Shown piece after piece: positions 1-9,713 of a stretch of 32,000 nucleotides of DNA. Under the pieces are notes generated by a model. It made no database searches. It worked only from the letters and a program-made list of their open reading frames with translations, and had not been told where the DNA came from. This DNA is from Candidatus Saccharimonadota bacterium. GTDB lineage: Bacteria > Pseudomonadota > Gammaproteobacteria > Burkholderiales > Burkholderiaceae. The number at the start of each line of letters is the position of its first letter. Position 1 is the stretch's first letter. The stretch covers positions 1 through 32,000 of the forward strand of contig NZ_OZ026462.1 in assembly GCF_964019745.1 (NCBI RefSeq), given 5' to 3'. A program made the translations under genes and the position numbers.

Positions 1-2
1 TG

Positions 3-1073
3 AAATGTAGAAAAAAAAAAAAAATAGAAAATAAAAATGAAAATGAAAAAATAAAAACAAAAATTAATCCATTTTTGACATTTAAAAATTTTTTTTTAGG
101 AAAATCTAATGAATTTGCTATAGCAGCTTCAAAACAAGTAATTAATAATCCAGGAAAAATTTATAATCCATTATTTATATATGCAAAAACTGGATTAGGA
201 AAAACTCATTTAATAAATGCTATAGGAAATAGTATGTTAAAAAAAAATCCTAATATTAAAATTAGACTTTCTACTTCAGAGGAATTAGTTAATAAAGTAG
301 TAAAAGCAAATTTTAATAAAAATTTTAATAATTTTAAATATTTTTATAATTCTTTAAAATTTTTATTAATTGATGATTTTGAATTTTTAATAGGAAAAAA
401 CAAAACACAAGAAGAATTTTTTTATATTTTTGAGGGGTTTAAAAAAACAAATAGGCAAATTATTATAACAAGTAATCTAATACCTAAACAAATGTTAGGG
501 ATAAATGAAAAAATAATTTCTAGAATAGAAGAAGGATTAATTATATTTATAAATCCTCCAGAATTAAAAATGAGAATAAATTTACTTTTAAAAAAAGCTT
601 ATTTAATGAAAATAAATTTATCTTATGAAATAGCTTTTTTTATAGCTCAAAATTTTACTTCTAATATAAATGAATTATTAGGGATTTTAAAAAGTATAAA
701 AATTTTTTTAAAAATATATAAAACTAATTTAACAATTAATATTATTAAAAAATTATTAATAAATAAAATTAAAAAAAAAAAAAAACAAATTTTAATAAAA
801 AATATACAAAAAATAATTACTAAATTTTACAATTTTAAAAAAATTGATTTAAATTCAAAAAAAAGATATATAAATATTATAAAATATAAACAAATAGCTA
901 TATATTTTTCAAAAAAATTTACTAATAAAAGTTTAAAAGAGATAAGTTTAGAATTTAAATATAAAAATCATACTTCAGTATTATATGCTATTAAAAAAAT
1001 TAAATTTTTAAAAAAAAATGATAAAAATTTTAAAAAAGAATTATATAATTTGAAAAAAATTATAAAAAAATAA
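3..1073 (+). CDS. dnaA: Chromosomal replication initiator DnaA (5'-partial or N-terminally truncated; AAA+ domain III and DNA-binding domain IV present)
   Basis: ORF track 75..1073 with a TTG start. Walker A TGLGKTHL, Walker B LLIDDFEF, and C-terminal DNA-binding helix NHTSVLYAIKKI are present. The conserved domain-III entry motif (I-N-P-x-x-T-F-x-x-F-x-x-G) starts at nt 63, upstream of the TTG. The frame stays open back to nt 3 with no in-frame ATG or GTG, so the gene probably continues off the left edge. Confidence 0.85.
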   Translation, partial: KCRKKKKIENKNENEKIKTKINPFLTFKNFFLGKSNEFAIAASKQVINNPGKIYNPLFIYAKTGLGKTHLINAIGNSMLKKNPNIKIRLSTSEELVNKVVKANFNKNFNNFKYFYNSLKFLLIDDFEFLIGKNKTQEEFFYIFEGFKKTNRQIIITSNLIPKQMLGINEKIISRIEEGLIIFINPPELKMRINLLLKKAYLMKINLSYEIAFFIAQNFTSNINELLGILKSIKIFLKIYKTNLTINIIKKLLINKIKKKKKQILIKNIQKIITKFYNFKKIDLNSKKRYINIIKYKQIAIYFSKKFTNKSLKEISLEFKYKNHTSVLYAIKKIKFLKKNDKNFKKELYNLKKIIKK

Positions 1074-1109
1074 ATATATTTTATATATATTAATAATTTT
1101 TATTATTTT

Positions 1110-2216
1110 ATGAAATTAATTATAAAAAAAAAAGATATTTTAATTAAAATATTACAAATAATAACAAGAATTTTAGAAAAAAAACAAACATTACCAATTT
1201 TAGAAAATGTTTTAATTAAAAGTATAAAAAAAAAATTATTTTTTTTATCAACAAATATAAATATACAAATTATAACTTATATTAAATTAGAAGAAGAAAA
1301 TAATAATTTATATATAACAGTAAATGGTAAAAAATTATTAAATATTTTAAAATCTTTTTCTAAAAATAAAAATATTTTTTTAAAAATTAAAAATAAAAAG
1401 TTAATTTTAAAATCAAAAAATTCAAAATTTTCTTTACAAATAATAAATCCTAAAAATTTTCCTATAATTAAAGAAATTAAAAATTTTAATTTTAAATTTA
1501 AAATAACACAAAAAAAATTAAAAAAATTATTTAATATGGTTTATTTTGCAATGGCTCAACAAGATATAAGACCTTATTTAAATGGAGTTTTATTAAAAAT
1601 AAAAAATAATAAAATATATACTGTAGCTACTGATGGTTATAGATTAGCTATTTATAAAGAAAAAATAAATAATAATTTATTTAAAAAATCTATTATTATT
1701 CCTAAAAAAACTATAATTCAACTTCAATATTTATTAAAAGATATAGATTCATTAGTAAAAATAAAAATTTATGAAAATAAAATAAAATTTATTTTTTTAA
1801 AAATAAAATTAATATCAAAATTAATAAAAGGTAAATATCCAGATTATAAAAGTATTATACCTAATAATAAAATTTTAATTATTATTAATAGAAAAAAATT
1901 ATTAAAATCTTTAGAAAGAATTTCTATTTTAACAAGTGAAAATTTTCAAGGAGTACAATGGATAATAAAAAATAATTTTTTAAAATTATTTTCTATTAAT
2001 TCTTTACAAGAAACAAGTGAAGAAATAATAAATATAAAATATATTGGAAAAACTTTAAAAATAGGATTTAATATAAATTTTTTATTAGATGTTTTAAATA
2101 ATTTGAATAGTAAAGAAATAAATTTTTTTTTAAATAAAAATATAAATTCTTCTATATTAATAAATATTCCAAATAAAAAAAAATTTTTTTATATTATAAT
2201 GCCAATGTATATTTAA
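1110..2216 (+). CDS. dnaN: DNA polymerase III beta sliding clamp
   Basis: 368 aa. N-terminus has ...QTLPILENVLIK; central RPYLNGVLL...TVATDGYRLA and GKYPDYKSIIP match DnaN signatures. Canonical position immediately after dnaA. Confidence 0.9.
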   Translation: MKLIIKKKDILIKILQIITRILEKKQTLPILENVLIKSIKKKLFFLSTNINIQIITYIKLEEENNNLYITVNGKKLLNILKSFSKNKNIFLKIKNKKLILKSKNSKFSLQIINPKNFPIIKEIKNFNFKFKITQKKLKKLFNMVYFAMAQQDIRPYLNGVLLKIKNNKIYTVATDGYRLAIYKEKINNNLFKKSIIIPKKTIIQLQYLLKDIDSLVKIKIYENKIKFIFLKIKLISKLIKGKYPDYKSIIPNNKILIIINRKKLLKSLERISILTSENFQGVQWIIKNNFLKLFSINSLQETSEEIINIKYIGKTLKIGFNINFLLDVLNNLNSKEINFFLNKNINSSILINIPNKKKFFYIIMPMYI

Positions 2217-2235
2217 AAAATATGTAAATAAATAT

Positions 2236-2336
2236 TATTATTATTTATATAATTTATTGTATTAAAATATTAATATATATTTAAAAAAATATATTAATAA
2301 TTAATATTATTATTTATACAATTTATTATATTAAAA
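2236..2336. repeat. 32-nt imperfect direct repeat (2236-2267 and 2305-2336, 2 mismatches) flanking an 11-bp perfect inverted repeat (2268-2278 / 2289-2299) in the dnaN-gyrB spacer
   Basis: Read directly. TATTATTATTTATATAATTTATTGTATTAAAA versus TATTATTATTTATACAATTTATTATATTAAAA. Between them, TATTAATATAT ... ATATATTAATA are exact reverse complements separated by 10 nt. Confidence 0.6.
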
Positions 2337-2347
2337 AAAAATAATTT

Positions 2348-4810
2348 ATGAATTTAAAAGAAAATAAATATCAAGCTTCTTCTATAAAAATATTAAATAG
2401 TTTAGAAGCAGTTAGAAAAAGACCTGGTATGTATATTGGAGATACTTCTGATGGGAGTGGATTGCATCATTTAGTTTTTGAAGTTTTAGATAATTCTATT
2501 GATGAAGTTTTAGCTGGATATTGTAATAAAATTTATGTTATTATTCATTCAAATGATTTAATATCTATTATTGATAATGGTAGAGGTATTCCTATAGATA
2601 TTAAAATGGATGATAAAAATTCTCCTAAAAGAAGTGCTGCTGAAATAGTAATGACAGAATTACATGCAGGAGGAAAATTTAATCAAGATTCTTATAAAGT
2701 ATCAGGTGGGTTACATGGATTAGGTGTTTCTTGTGTTAACAGTTTATCTAAATTTTTAGAATTAACTATTTATAAAAATAGTAAAAAATATATAATGAAT
2801 TTTAAAAGAGGTATATTGCAAAATAAAAAAATAAAAATAATTAATAATATAAAAATATCACCAATTGAAAGTATATGTAAAACAAAAAAAACGGGAACTA
2901 AAATAAAATTTAAAGTAGATAAAAAAATTTTTAAAAATATTAATTTTAATTATAAAATTTTAAAAAATCGAATAAAAGAATTATCATTTTTAAATAATGG
3001 AATATTAATAATATTAAAAGATGAAAGAATTAATAAAATTAAAAGTTTTTCTTTTAAAGGTGGAACAAAAGAATTTTTGAAATATATAAATAAAAATAAA
3101 AAAATTATAAATAAAAAAATTTTTCAAATAAAAAAAAAAAAAAAAATAAAAAAAAAAAAAATTTTTATAGATGTATCTATGTTATGGAATAACTCTTATA
3201 AAGAAAAAATTTTATGTTTTACAAATAATATTCCTCAAAAAGAAGGAGGTACACATTTAACAGGACTTAAAACAGCTATAACAAAAGTAATTAATAAATT
3301 TATTATTAATAATAATTTTTTAAAAGATAAAAAATTAGAAATAACTAGTGAAGATATACGTGAAGGATTAGTTTGTATATTATCTATAAAATTTCCTGAA
3401 CCAAAATTTAGTTCACAAACAAAAAATAAATTAATTTCTAGTGAAATTAGAAGTCCTATAGAAGAAGTTATAACTAAAAACTTATTAAAATTTTTATTAG
3501 AAAATTTCTATGATGCAAAAATTATATGTAATAAAATAATTAATATAGCAAAAATTAAAAAATCTTTAAAAAAAACTAGAGATATTTTAAAAAAAAAAAA
3601 AAATATAAAAGAAATTTTTTTATCTTCAAAATTAGCTGATTGTCAAGAAAAAAACCCATATTTAGCTGAATTATTTTTAGTAGAAGGAGATTCTGCTGGA
3701 GGATCAGCAAAACAAGGAAGAGATAGAAAATTTCAGGCAATATTACCATTACGTGGAAAAATTTTAAATGTAGAAAAAGCTACTTTTGAAAAAATAATTT
3801 CTTCTGAACAAATAACTACATTAATTGCTACATTAGGTATAAATATACAAAAAAAAAAATTTAATATTAAAAAATTAAAATATCATAAGATTATTATTAT
3901 GACTGACGCTGATATAGATGGTGCACATATAAAAACATTATTATTAACTTTATTTTTTAGATATATGCCAAAATTAATAAAAAATGGTTTTATATATATA
4001 GCACAACCTCCTTTATATAAAATAAAATTTCAAAATAAAGAATTATTTTTAAAAGATGATTTAGAAAAAGAAAAATATATTTTTAAAAAAATAATTTATA
4101 ATTATGATTATATATTAAAAGAAAATTATAAAGAAATAGAAAAAAATATAATAAAAATTTTTTTTAAAAAATATAAAATATTACAAAAAATTTTATTTAA
4201 ATTATCAAAAAAAATTGATTATTCAATATTAATATTAATATTATCAGGAATAAAATTAAAAATAAATTCTACTAAAGAAATTTATGAAACTTATTTAAAT
4301 TTAAAAAAAAAAATAAATAATAAAAATATAAAAATTAAAATAAAAAAAAAAAATAATAAAAATATTTTAAAAATAAAAAATTTTTTAAATGGTGAAATTA
4401 AAAAAACTGTTATTAATAATAATATTATTAATGATGAAAATTATAAATTGATAATTAATTTTTCAGATTTTTTTATAAAAATAATAGGAAAAGGTATTTT
4501 AATTAAAAATAAAAAAACAAAAAAAATAGAAAAAATTTTTATATATAATTTTTATAAAAAAATAAAAGATATTCTTTTGTTTATAGAGCAAAATATTATA
4601 AAACAAAGATATAAAGGTTTAGGAGAAATGAATCCTAATCAATTATGGGAAACAACTATGAATCCTGAAAAAAGATGTTTATTAAGAGTAAAAATTGAAA
4701 ATTTAAAATCAGTTGATAAAATATTTAATATATTAATGGGAGAAAAAGTAGAACCTAGAAAAGAATTTATAAAATTGAATGCAATTTTAGCAAAAAATAT
4801 TGATATATAA
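2348..4810 (+). CDS. gyrB: DNA gyrase subunit B
   Basis: 820 aa. GHKL ATPase motifs (GLHHLVFEVLDNSIDE, GGLHGLG), Toprim EGDSAGGSAKQGRDR and IMTDADIDGAHI, and C-terminal RYKGLGEMNP. Includes the long proteobacterial-type insertion, here K/N/I-rich. dnaA-dnaN-gyrB synteny. Confidence 0.97.
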   Translation: MNLKENKYQASSIKILNSLEAVRKRPGMYIGDTSDGSGLHHLVFEVLDNSIDEVLAGYCNKIYVIIHSNDLISIIDNGRGIPIDIKMDDKNSPKRSAAEIVMTELHAGGKFNQDSYKVSGGLHGLGVSCVNSLSKFLELTIYKNSKKYIMNFKRGILQNKKIKIINNIKISPIESICKTKKTGTKIKFKVDKKIFKNINFNYKILKNRIKELSFLNNGILIILKDERINKIKSFSFKGGTKEFLKYINKNKKIINKKIFQIKKKKKIKKKKIFIDVSMLWNNSYKEKILCFTNNIPQKEGGTHLTGLKTAITKVINKFIINNNFLKDKKLEITSEDIREGLVCILSIKFPEPKFSSQTKNKLISSEIRSPIEEVITKNLLKFLLENFYDAKIICNKIINIAKIKKSLKKTRDILKKKKNIKEIFLSSKLADCQEKNPYLAELFLVEGDSAGGSAKQGRDRKFQAILPLRGKILNVEKATFEKIISSEQITTLIATLGINIQKKKFNIKKLKYHKIIIMTDADIDGAHIKTLLLTLFFRYMPKLIKNGFIYIAQPPLYKIKFQNKELFLKDDLEKEKYIFKKIIYNYDYILKENYKEIEKNIIKIFFKKYKILQKILFKLSKKIDYSILILILSGIKLKINSTKEIYETYLNLKKKINNKNIKIKIKKKNNKNILKIKNFLNGEIKKTVINNNIINDENYKLIINFSDFFIKIIGKGILIKNKKTKKIEKIFIYNFYKKIKDILLFIEQNIIKQRYKGLGEMNPNQLWETTMNPEKRCLLRVKIENLKSVDKIFNILMGEKVEPRKEFIKLNAILAKNIDI

Positions 4811-4859
4811 TATTTTATTTTATTATATATATATTTATAATTTTTTTAAAAATTTTATA

Positions 4860-5927
4860 ATGAATAAATTTTGGAGTCCTATTATTAATAATTTAATACC
4901 TTATAAACCTGGGGAACAACCTAGAATAAAAAATTTAATAAAACTTAATACAAATGAAAACCCTTTTGGTCCTTCTATAAAAGTTATAAATGCTATGTTA
5001 AGAACTATTAATAATAATCTTAAATTATATCCTGATCCAGAATCATTTTCTTTAAAAAAAGCTATATCTAAAATGTATAAAATAAAAATTTCAGAAATTT
5101 TTATTGGTAATGGTTCAGATGAAGTATTAGCACATTCTTTTAAAGCTTTTTTTAAAAAAAAATTACCTATTTTATTTCCAGATATAACTTATGAATTTTA
5201 TTTAACTTATTCAAAATTATACAATATAAATTATATTTTAATACCATTACAAACTAATTTTACTATTAATATTAATGACTATTTAAAATATAAAAATAAA
5301 ATAGGAGGAATAATTTTTGCTAATCCTAATGCTCCTACTGGTTGTTTATTATCTTTAAAAAAAATAAAAACTATTTTAAATAATAATTTAAATATCGTTA
5401 TTATAATAGATGAAGCATATATAGATTTTGGAGGTAAAAGTGCTATTTCATTAATTAAAAAATATGATAATTTATTAATTATTCAAACTTTTTCAAAATC
5501 TCGTTCATTAGCTGGTTTAAGAATAGGTTTTGCTATTGGAAATTCTAATCTTATTTTAGCATTAGAAAAAATTAAAAATAGTTTTAATTCATATCCAATA
5601 AGTAAAATAGGTATTGCAGGAGCTACTGCTTCTATAAAAGATGAAAAATATTTTAATAAAACTAGATTAAAAATTATTTTTAATAGAGAAAAATTAAAAA
5701 AAGAATTAATTAAATTAAATTTTGAAATATTACCATCTATGGCGAATTTTATTTTTATAAGACATTTTAAATATAATTCTTATGAATTATTTAATTTATT
5801 AAAAAAAAATAAAATTTTAATACGTCATTTTCCTAAAAATAGAATTAATAATTTTTTAAGAATTACTATTGGTAATAGTTTTTCTTGTAATTTTTTAATT
5901 TTTATTTTAAAAAAATATATTAAATAA
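4860..5927 (+). CDS. hisC: Histidinol-phosphate aminotransferase
   Basis: The ORF track starts at 4800, overlapping the gyrB stop. The internal ATG at 4860 (MNKFWSPI...) gives the conserved N-terminus LIPYKPGEQP...LNTNENPFGPS. Other motifs: GNGSDE, ANPNAPTG, IIDEAYIDF, and the PLP-lysine motif FSKSRSLAGLRIG. Confidence 0.85.
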   Translation: MNKFWSPIINNLIPYKPGEQPRIKNLIKLNTNENPFGPSIKVINAMLRTINNNLKLYPDPESFSLKKAISKMYKIKISEIFIGNGSDEVLAHSFKAFFKKKLPILFPDITYEFYLTYSKLYNINYILIPLQTNFTININDYLKYKNKIGGIIFANPNAPTGCLLSLKKIKTILNNNLNIVIIIDEAYIDFGGKSAISLIKKYDNLLIIQTFSKSRSLAGLRIGFAIGNSNLILALEKIKNSFNSYPISKIGIAGATASIKDEKYFNKTRLKIIFNREKLKKELIKLNFEILPSMANFIFIRHFKYNSYELFNLLKKNKILIRHFPKNRINNFLRITIGNSFSCNFLIFILKKYIK

Positions 5928-5982
5928 TTTTTAATAAAATATTTTTAAATTAAAATTTTAAAATATAAATATATTATATATT

Positions 5983-8610
5983 ATGCAATATAAATATGAA
6001 CCATTAATAATTGAAAAGAAAGTTCAAAAAAATTGGAAAAAAAAAAATGTTTTTAAAGTTTATGAAAATAGTAAAAATAAAAAAGGTGAAATAAAAAAAA
6101 AATTTTTTACATGTTCTATGATACCTTATCCTTCAGGAAAATTGCATATGGGTCATATAAGAAATTATACTATTAATGATATTTTGTATCGTTATTTAAG
6201 AATGAATAAATTTAATGTTTTAATGCCAATGGGATGGGATGCATTTGGGATGCCAGCAGAAAATGCTGCTATAATAAATAGAAAATCTCCATATCAATGG
6301 ACATTTGAAAATATTAAATATATGAAAAAACAAATGAAATCTATGGGATTTTCTATAGATTGGTCAAGAGAAATAATTACATGTAAACCTGAATATTATC
6401 GTTGGAATCAATTGATGTTTTTAAAAATGTTAAAAAAAGGTATTATTTATAAAAAAAAAGAATTTGTAAATTGGGATCCAATTGATAAAACAGTTTTAGC
6501 AAATGAACAAATAATAAATGGTAAAGGTTGGAGATCTGGAGCTTTAATAAAAAAAAAAAAAATTTCTATGTATTTTGCAAAAATTACTAAATATGCTCCA
6601 AAATTATTAGAAAATATAGAAAAAAAATTACAAGGATGGCCAAAAAAAGTAATAGAAATGCAAAAAAAATGGATTGGTAAATTAAAAGGTTTTAATATAA
6701 AATTATTTTATAAAATAAATAAAAAAAAAAGAAAAATATGGTTTTTTATAGAAAAAATAGAAATATTAATGGGAGCAACATTTTGTTTAATTTCTATTAA
6801 TCATAAATTAATAAAAAAAATAATTAAAAATAATATTTATATTAAAACATTTATAAAAAAAGAATTAAAAAATCAAATAAAAAATAAAAAAAATATTTTT
6901 AAAAAAGGAATATATTCTGGAATATATATTTATCATCCATTAACTAAAAAAAAAATAGAAATTTGGATAAGTAATTATGTTTTTTCAGATTATAATTGTA
7001 ATGCAAAAATATGTGTTCCAACTTATAATAAAGAAGATTTTTTTTTTGCTAAAAAATATAATTTACCTATTAAACAAATAATAAATTTTAAAAATAAAAA
7101 ATATAATTATTATTTATATAAAAATTGGCATAAAAATAAAATATTAAAATTTAATAATAAATATAATTTTTTATTTATAAAAAAAATTAAAAAAATTTTT
7201 TTAAAATATTTAAAATATAAAAATATTTATAAAAAAAATATAATTTTTCGTTTACATGATTGGGGGATTTCTAGACAAAGATATTGGGGGACTCCTATTC
7301 CTATTATACATTGTAAGCAATGTGGTGAAATACCTGTACTTGAAAAAGATTTACCAATAATTTTACCTAAAAAATGTTTTTTAGATGGAATAAATAATCC
7401 ATTAAAAAAAAATAAAAATTTTTTAAATGTAATTTGTTATAAATGTAAAAAAAATGCTATTAGAGAAACTGATACTATGGATACATTTATAGATTCTTCT
7501 TGGTATTATATGAAATATTCATCTCCAGAAAAAAATAAATTTTTAATAAAAAAGAAAAATGAATTTTGGATGCCAGTTGATCAATATATTGGTGGTATTG
7601 AGCATGCAATATTACATTTATTATATGCAAGATTTTGGACAAAAGTAATGAAAGATTTAAATTTAGTTAAATTTGATGAACCTTTCAAAAAATTAATAAC
7701 TCAAGGAATGATTTTAAATGAAACTTTTTATAAAAAATGTAAAAAAACTGGAAAAAAAATATGGTTTAATAAAGAAGAAATAGATATAAAATATAATAAT
7801 AATAAAAAAATAATTTCTTTAAAACTTAAAAAAAATGGTAAAAATGTTTTTATAGGTAAAATAGAAAAAATGTCTAAATCTAAAAATAATGGTATAGATC
7901 CACAAAAAAAAATTAAAATTTATGGAGCAGATACAATTCGTTTATTTATAATTTTTGCAGCACCTTTAAATCAAGATTTAATTTGGTCTACTAATGGTAT
8001 AAATGGATCATTTAAATTTCTTGAAAAATTATGGAAATTTTGTTTTGAAAATTTAAAATATATAAAAAATATAAAAGTAAATTTATTTAATAATAATATA
8101 AATAAAAATAAAAAATTTAATTATAAAATTCATAAAATTTTACAAAATTCTAATTTTAATTATAAACATAATAAATATAATACAATTGTTTCAAATTGTA
8201 TGAAAATGTTAACTATTATAAATAAATTTTCTAAAAATTGTAAAAAAGAAAATTTACCTAATTTAAAAAAAAATTTATCTATTTTATTAAGGATATTATA
8301 TCCCATATCTCCTCATATAACATCTACTTTATGGATAAATTTAAAATTTACTAAAGAATATGGTGATATATTAGATGCACCATGGCCAAAAATAAATAAA
8401 GATATTTTAAAATATAAAAAAAATATTATTTTTCCAATATATATAAACGGAAAATTTCAAAAAAATATTTTAATTTTAAAAAATTTAAATAAAAATGAAA
8501 TAAAAAAAATTATTTTTAATAGTAAAAAAATTTTAGATAAAATAAAAAAAAAAAAAATTTTAAAAATAATTTTTATTCCTAATAAAATTTTTAATATTGT
8601 TATTATATAA
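5983..8610 (+). CDS. leuS: Leucyl-tRNA synthetase
   Basis: 875 aa. Class I HIGH motif (PYPSGKLHMGHIRNY), GWDAFGMPAEN, HDWGISRQRYWGTPIP, and KMSKSKNN. Confidence 0.97.
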   Translation: MQYKYEPLIIEKKVQKNWKKKNVFKVYENSKNKKGEIKKKFFTCSMIPYPSGKLHMGHIRNYTINDILYRYLRMNKFNVLMPMGWDAFGMPAENAAIINRKSPYQWTFENIKYMKKQMKSMGFSIDWSREIITCKPEYYRWNQLMFLKMLKKGIIYKKKEFVNWDPIDKTVLANEQIINGKGWRSGALIKKKKISMYFAKITKYAPKLLENIEKKLQGWPKKVIEMQKKWIGKLKGFNIKLFYKINKKKRKIWFFIEKIEILMGATFCLISINHKLIKKIIKNNIYIKTFIKKELKNQIKNKKNIFKKGIYSGIYIYHPLTKKKIEIWISNYVFSDYNCNAKICVPTYNKEDFFFAKKYNLPIKQIINFKNKKYNYYLYKNWHKNKILKFNNKYNFLFIKKIKKIFLKYLKYKNIYKKNIIFRLHDWGISRQRYWGTPIPIIHCKQCGEIPVLEKDLPIILPKKCFLDGINNPLKKNKNFLNVICYKCKKNAIRETDTMDTFIDSSWYYMKYSSPEKNKFLIKKKNEFWMPVDQYIGGIEHAILHLLYARFWTKVMKDLNLVKFDEPFKKLITQGMILNETFYKKCKKTGKKIWFNKEEIDIKYNNNKKIISLKLKKNGKNVFIGKIEKMSKSKNNGIDPQKKIKIYGADTIRLFIIFAAPLNQDLIWSTNGINGSFKFLEKLWKFCFENLKYIKNIKVNLFNNNINKNKKFNYKIHKILQNSNFNYKHNKYNTIVSNCMKMLTIINKFSKNCKKENLPNLKKNLSILLRILYPISPHITSTLWINLKFTKEYGDILDAPWPKINKDILKYKKNIIFPIYINGKFQKNILILKNLNKNEIKKIIFNSKKILDKIKKKKILKIIFIPNKIFNIVII

Positions 8611-8655
8611 ATAATTATTAATAAATAAATAATTTTATTTATTTTAATATTTTAT

Positions 8656-9642
8656 ATGCAAATAAAAATTCCTGATTTAAAAAAATATTTAAAAAAAAAT
8701 ATAAAACCTATATATATACTTTTTAGTAATGAACATATTTTATTAAAAAAAATAATTAAAAAAATAAAAAAATTTTATAAAAAAAAAAATTATAAAAAAA
8801 AATATATTTTTATAATAGATAAAAAATTTCAATGGGAAAAATTATTTTTAATTAATAATTTTCAAACATTATTTGAAAAAAAAAAAATTATTGAATTAAT
8901 TTTTATAGAAGAAAAAATTAATAATAAATATTATTGTTTATTAAAAAAATTAGTATCTAATATTAATATTAATAATTTATTTATTATTAGTTTTCCTAAA
9001 TTAACATTAAAAGAACAAAAAAATAAAGATTTAATTTATTTAAAAAATAAATATTCTTATATTAATATTTCAAATATTAAAAAAAAAAAATTTCAAAAAT
9101 GGGTTAAAAATAATTTTAAAAATCAAAAACAAATTATAAATAATAAAACTGTAGAATATTTTTCAAAAAAAATAAATTTTAATTTATTATTTGCAAATCA
9201 AGAAATTAAAAATTTTTTTTTTATATATAAATCTGGGAAAATTTCTTTTGAAGATGTAAAAAATTTTTTTTCAAATAAAAAAATTTTCATTAATAAATTA
9301 AAATTTAATAAAGTTTTTATTACTGCTAATATTATAAAAATAATAAAAACTATTTTTTTTTTAAAAAAAAAAAAAATTTCAATTTTAATAATACTATGGG
9401 ATTTATTAAAAGAAATTAGAATTTTAATAAAATATAAAATAGAAAAATTAAATTTTAAAAAAAATATTTTTATTAAAAAAAAATATAAATTAATACTTAA
9501 TAAAGTTAAATTAATTAATTTAAAAAAAACAATTTTAGAAATATTTAAAATAGAAAAAATTATCAAAGGTATTAAAATTAAAAATTTTTATACAAATCCT
9601 TGGGAAGCTATTATATTATTAATAATAAATTTAATAAAGTAA
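8656..9642 (+). CDS. holA: DNA polymerase III delta subunit
   Basis: 328 aa, directly downstream of leuS (conserved leuS-(lptE)-holA neighbourhood, with no lptE present). Collinear resemblance to E. coli HolA: YILFSNEHILLKK versus YLLLGNDPLLLQE; FIIDKKFQWEKLF...LFEKKKIIEL versus FSIDPNTDWNAIF...LFASRQTLLL; FQKWV...NLLFANQEIKN versus LPRWV...NLLALAQALER. Highly diverged. Confidence 0.7.
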   Translation: MQIKIPDLKKYLKKNIKPIYILFSNEHILLKKIIKKIKKFYKKKNYKKKYIFIIDKKFQWEKLFLINNFQTLFEKKKIIELIFIEEKINNKYYCLLKKLVSNININNLFIISFPKLTLKEQKNKDLIYLKNKYSYINISNIKKKKFQKWVKNNFKNQKQIINNKTVEYFSKKINFNLLFANQEIKNFFFIYKSGKISFEDVKNFFSNKKIFINKLKFNKVFITANIIKIIKTIFFLKKKKISILIILWDLLKEIRILIKYKIEKLNFKKNIFIKKKYKLILNKVKLINLKKTILEIFKIEKIIKGIKIKNFYTNPWEAIILLIINLIK

Positions 9643-9713
9643 TTTTTTTTATTATATTATAAATATGAATTTATAAAAAATAATATTTTTTTATATTTAT
9701 TTTTAATAAAAAT

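Noticed and set aside
4800-4859. N-terminal extension of the hisC ORF overlapping the gyrB stop
   Set aside because: The extension is low-complexity (IYNILFYYIYIYNFF). HisC homology begins after the ATG at 4860.
9198-9566. 122-aa minus-strand ORF inside holA
   Set aside because: It is antisense to a better-supported gene. It is an F/I/L/K low-complexity product expected from A/T-only sequence lacking stops.
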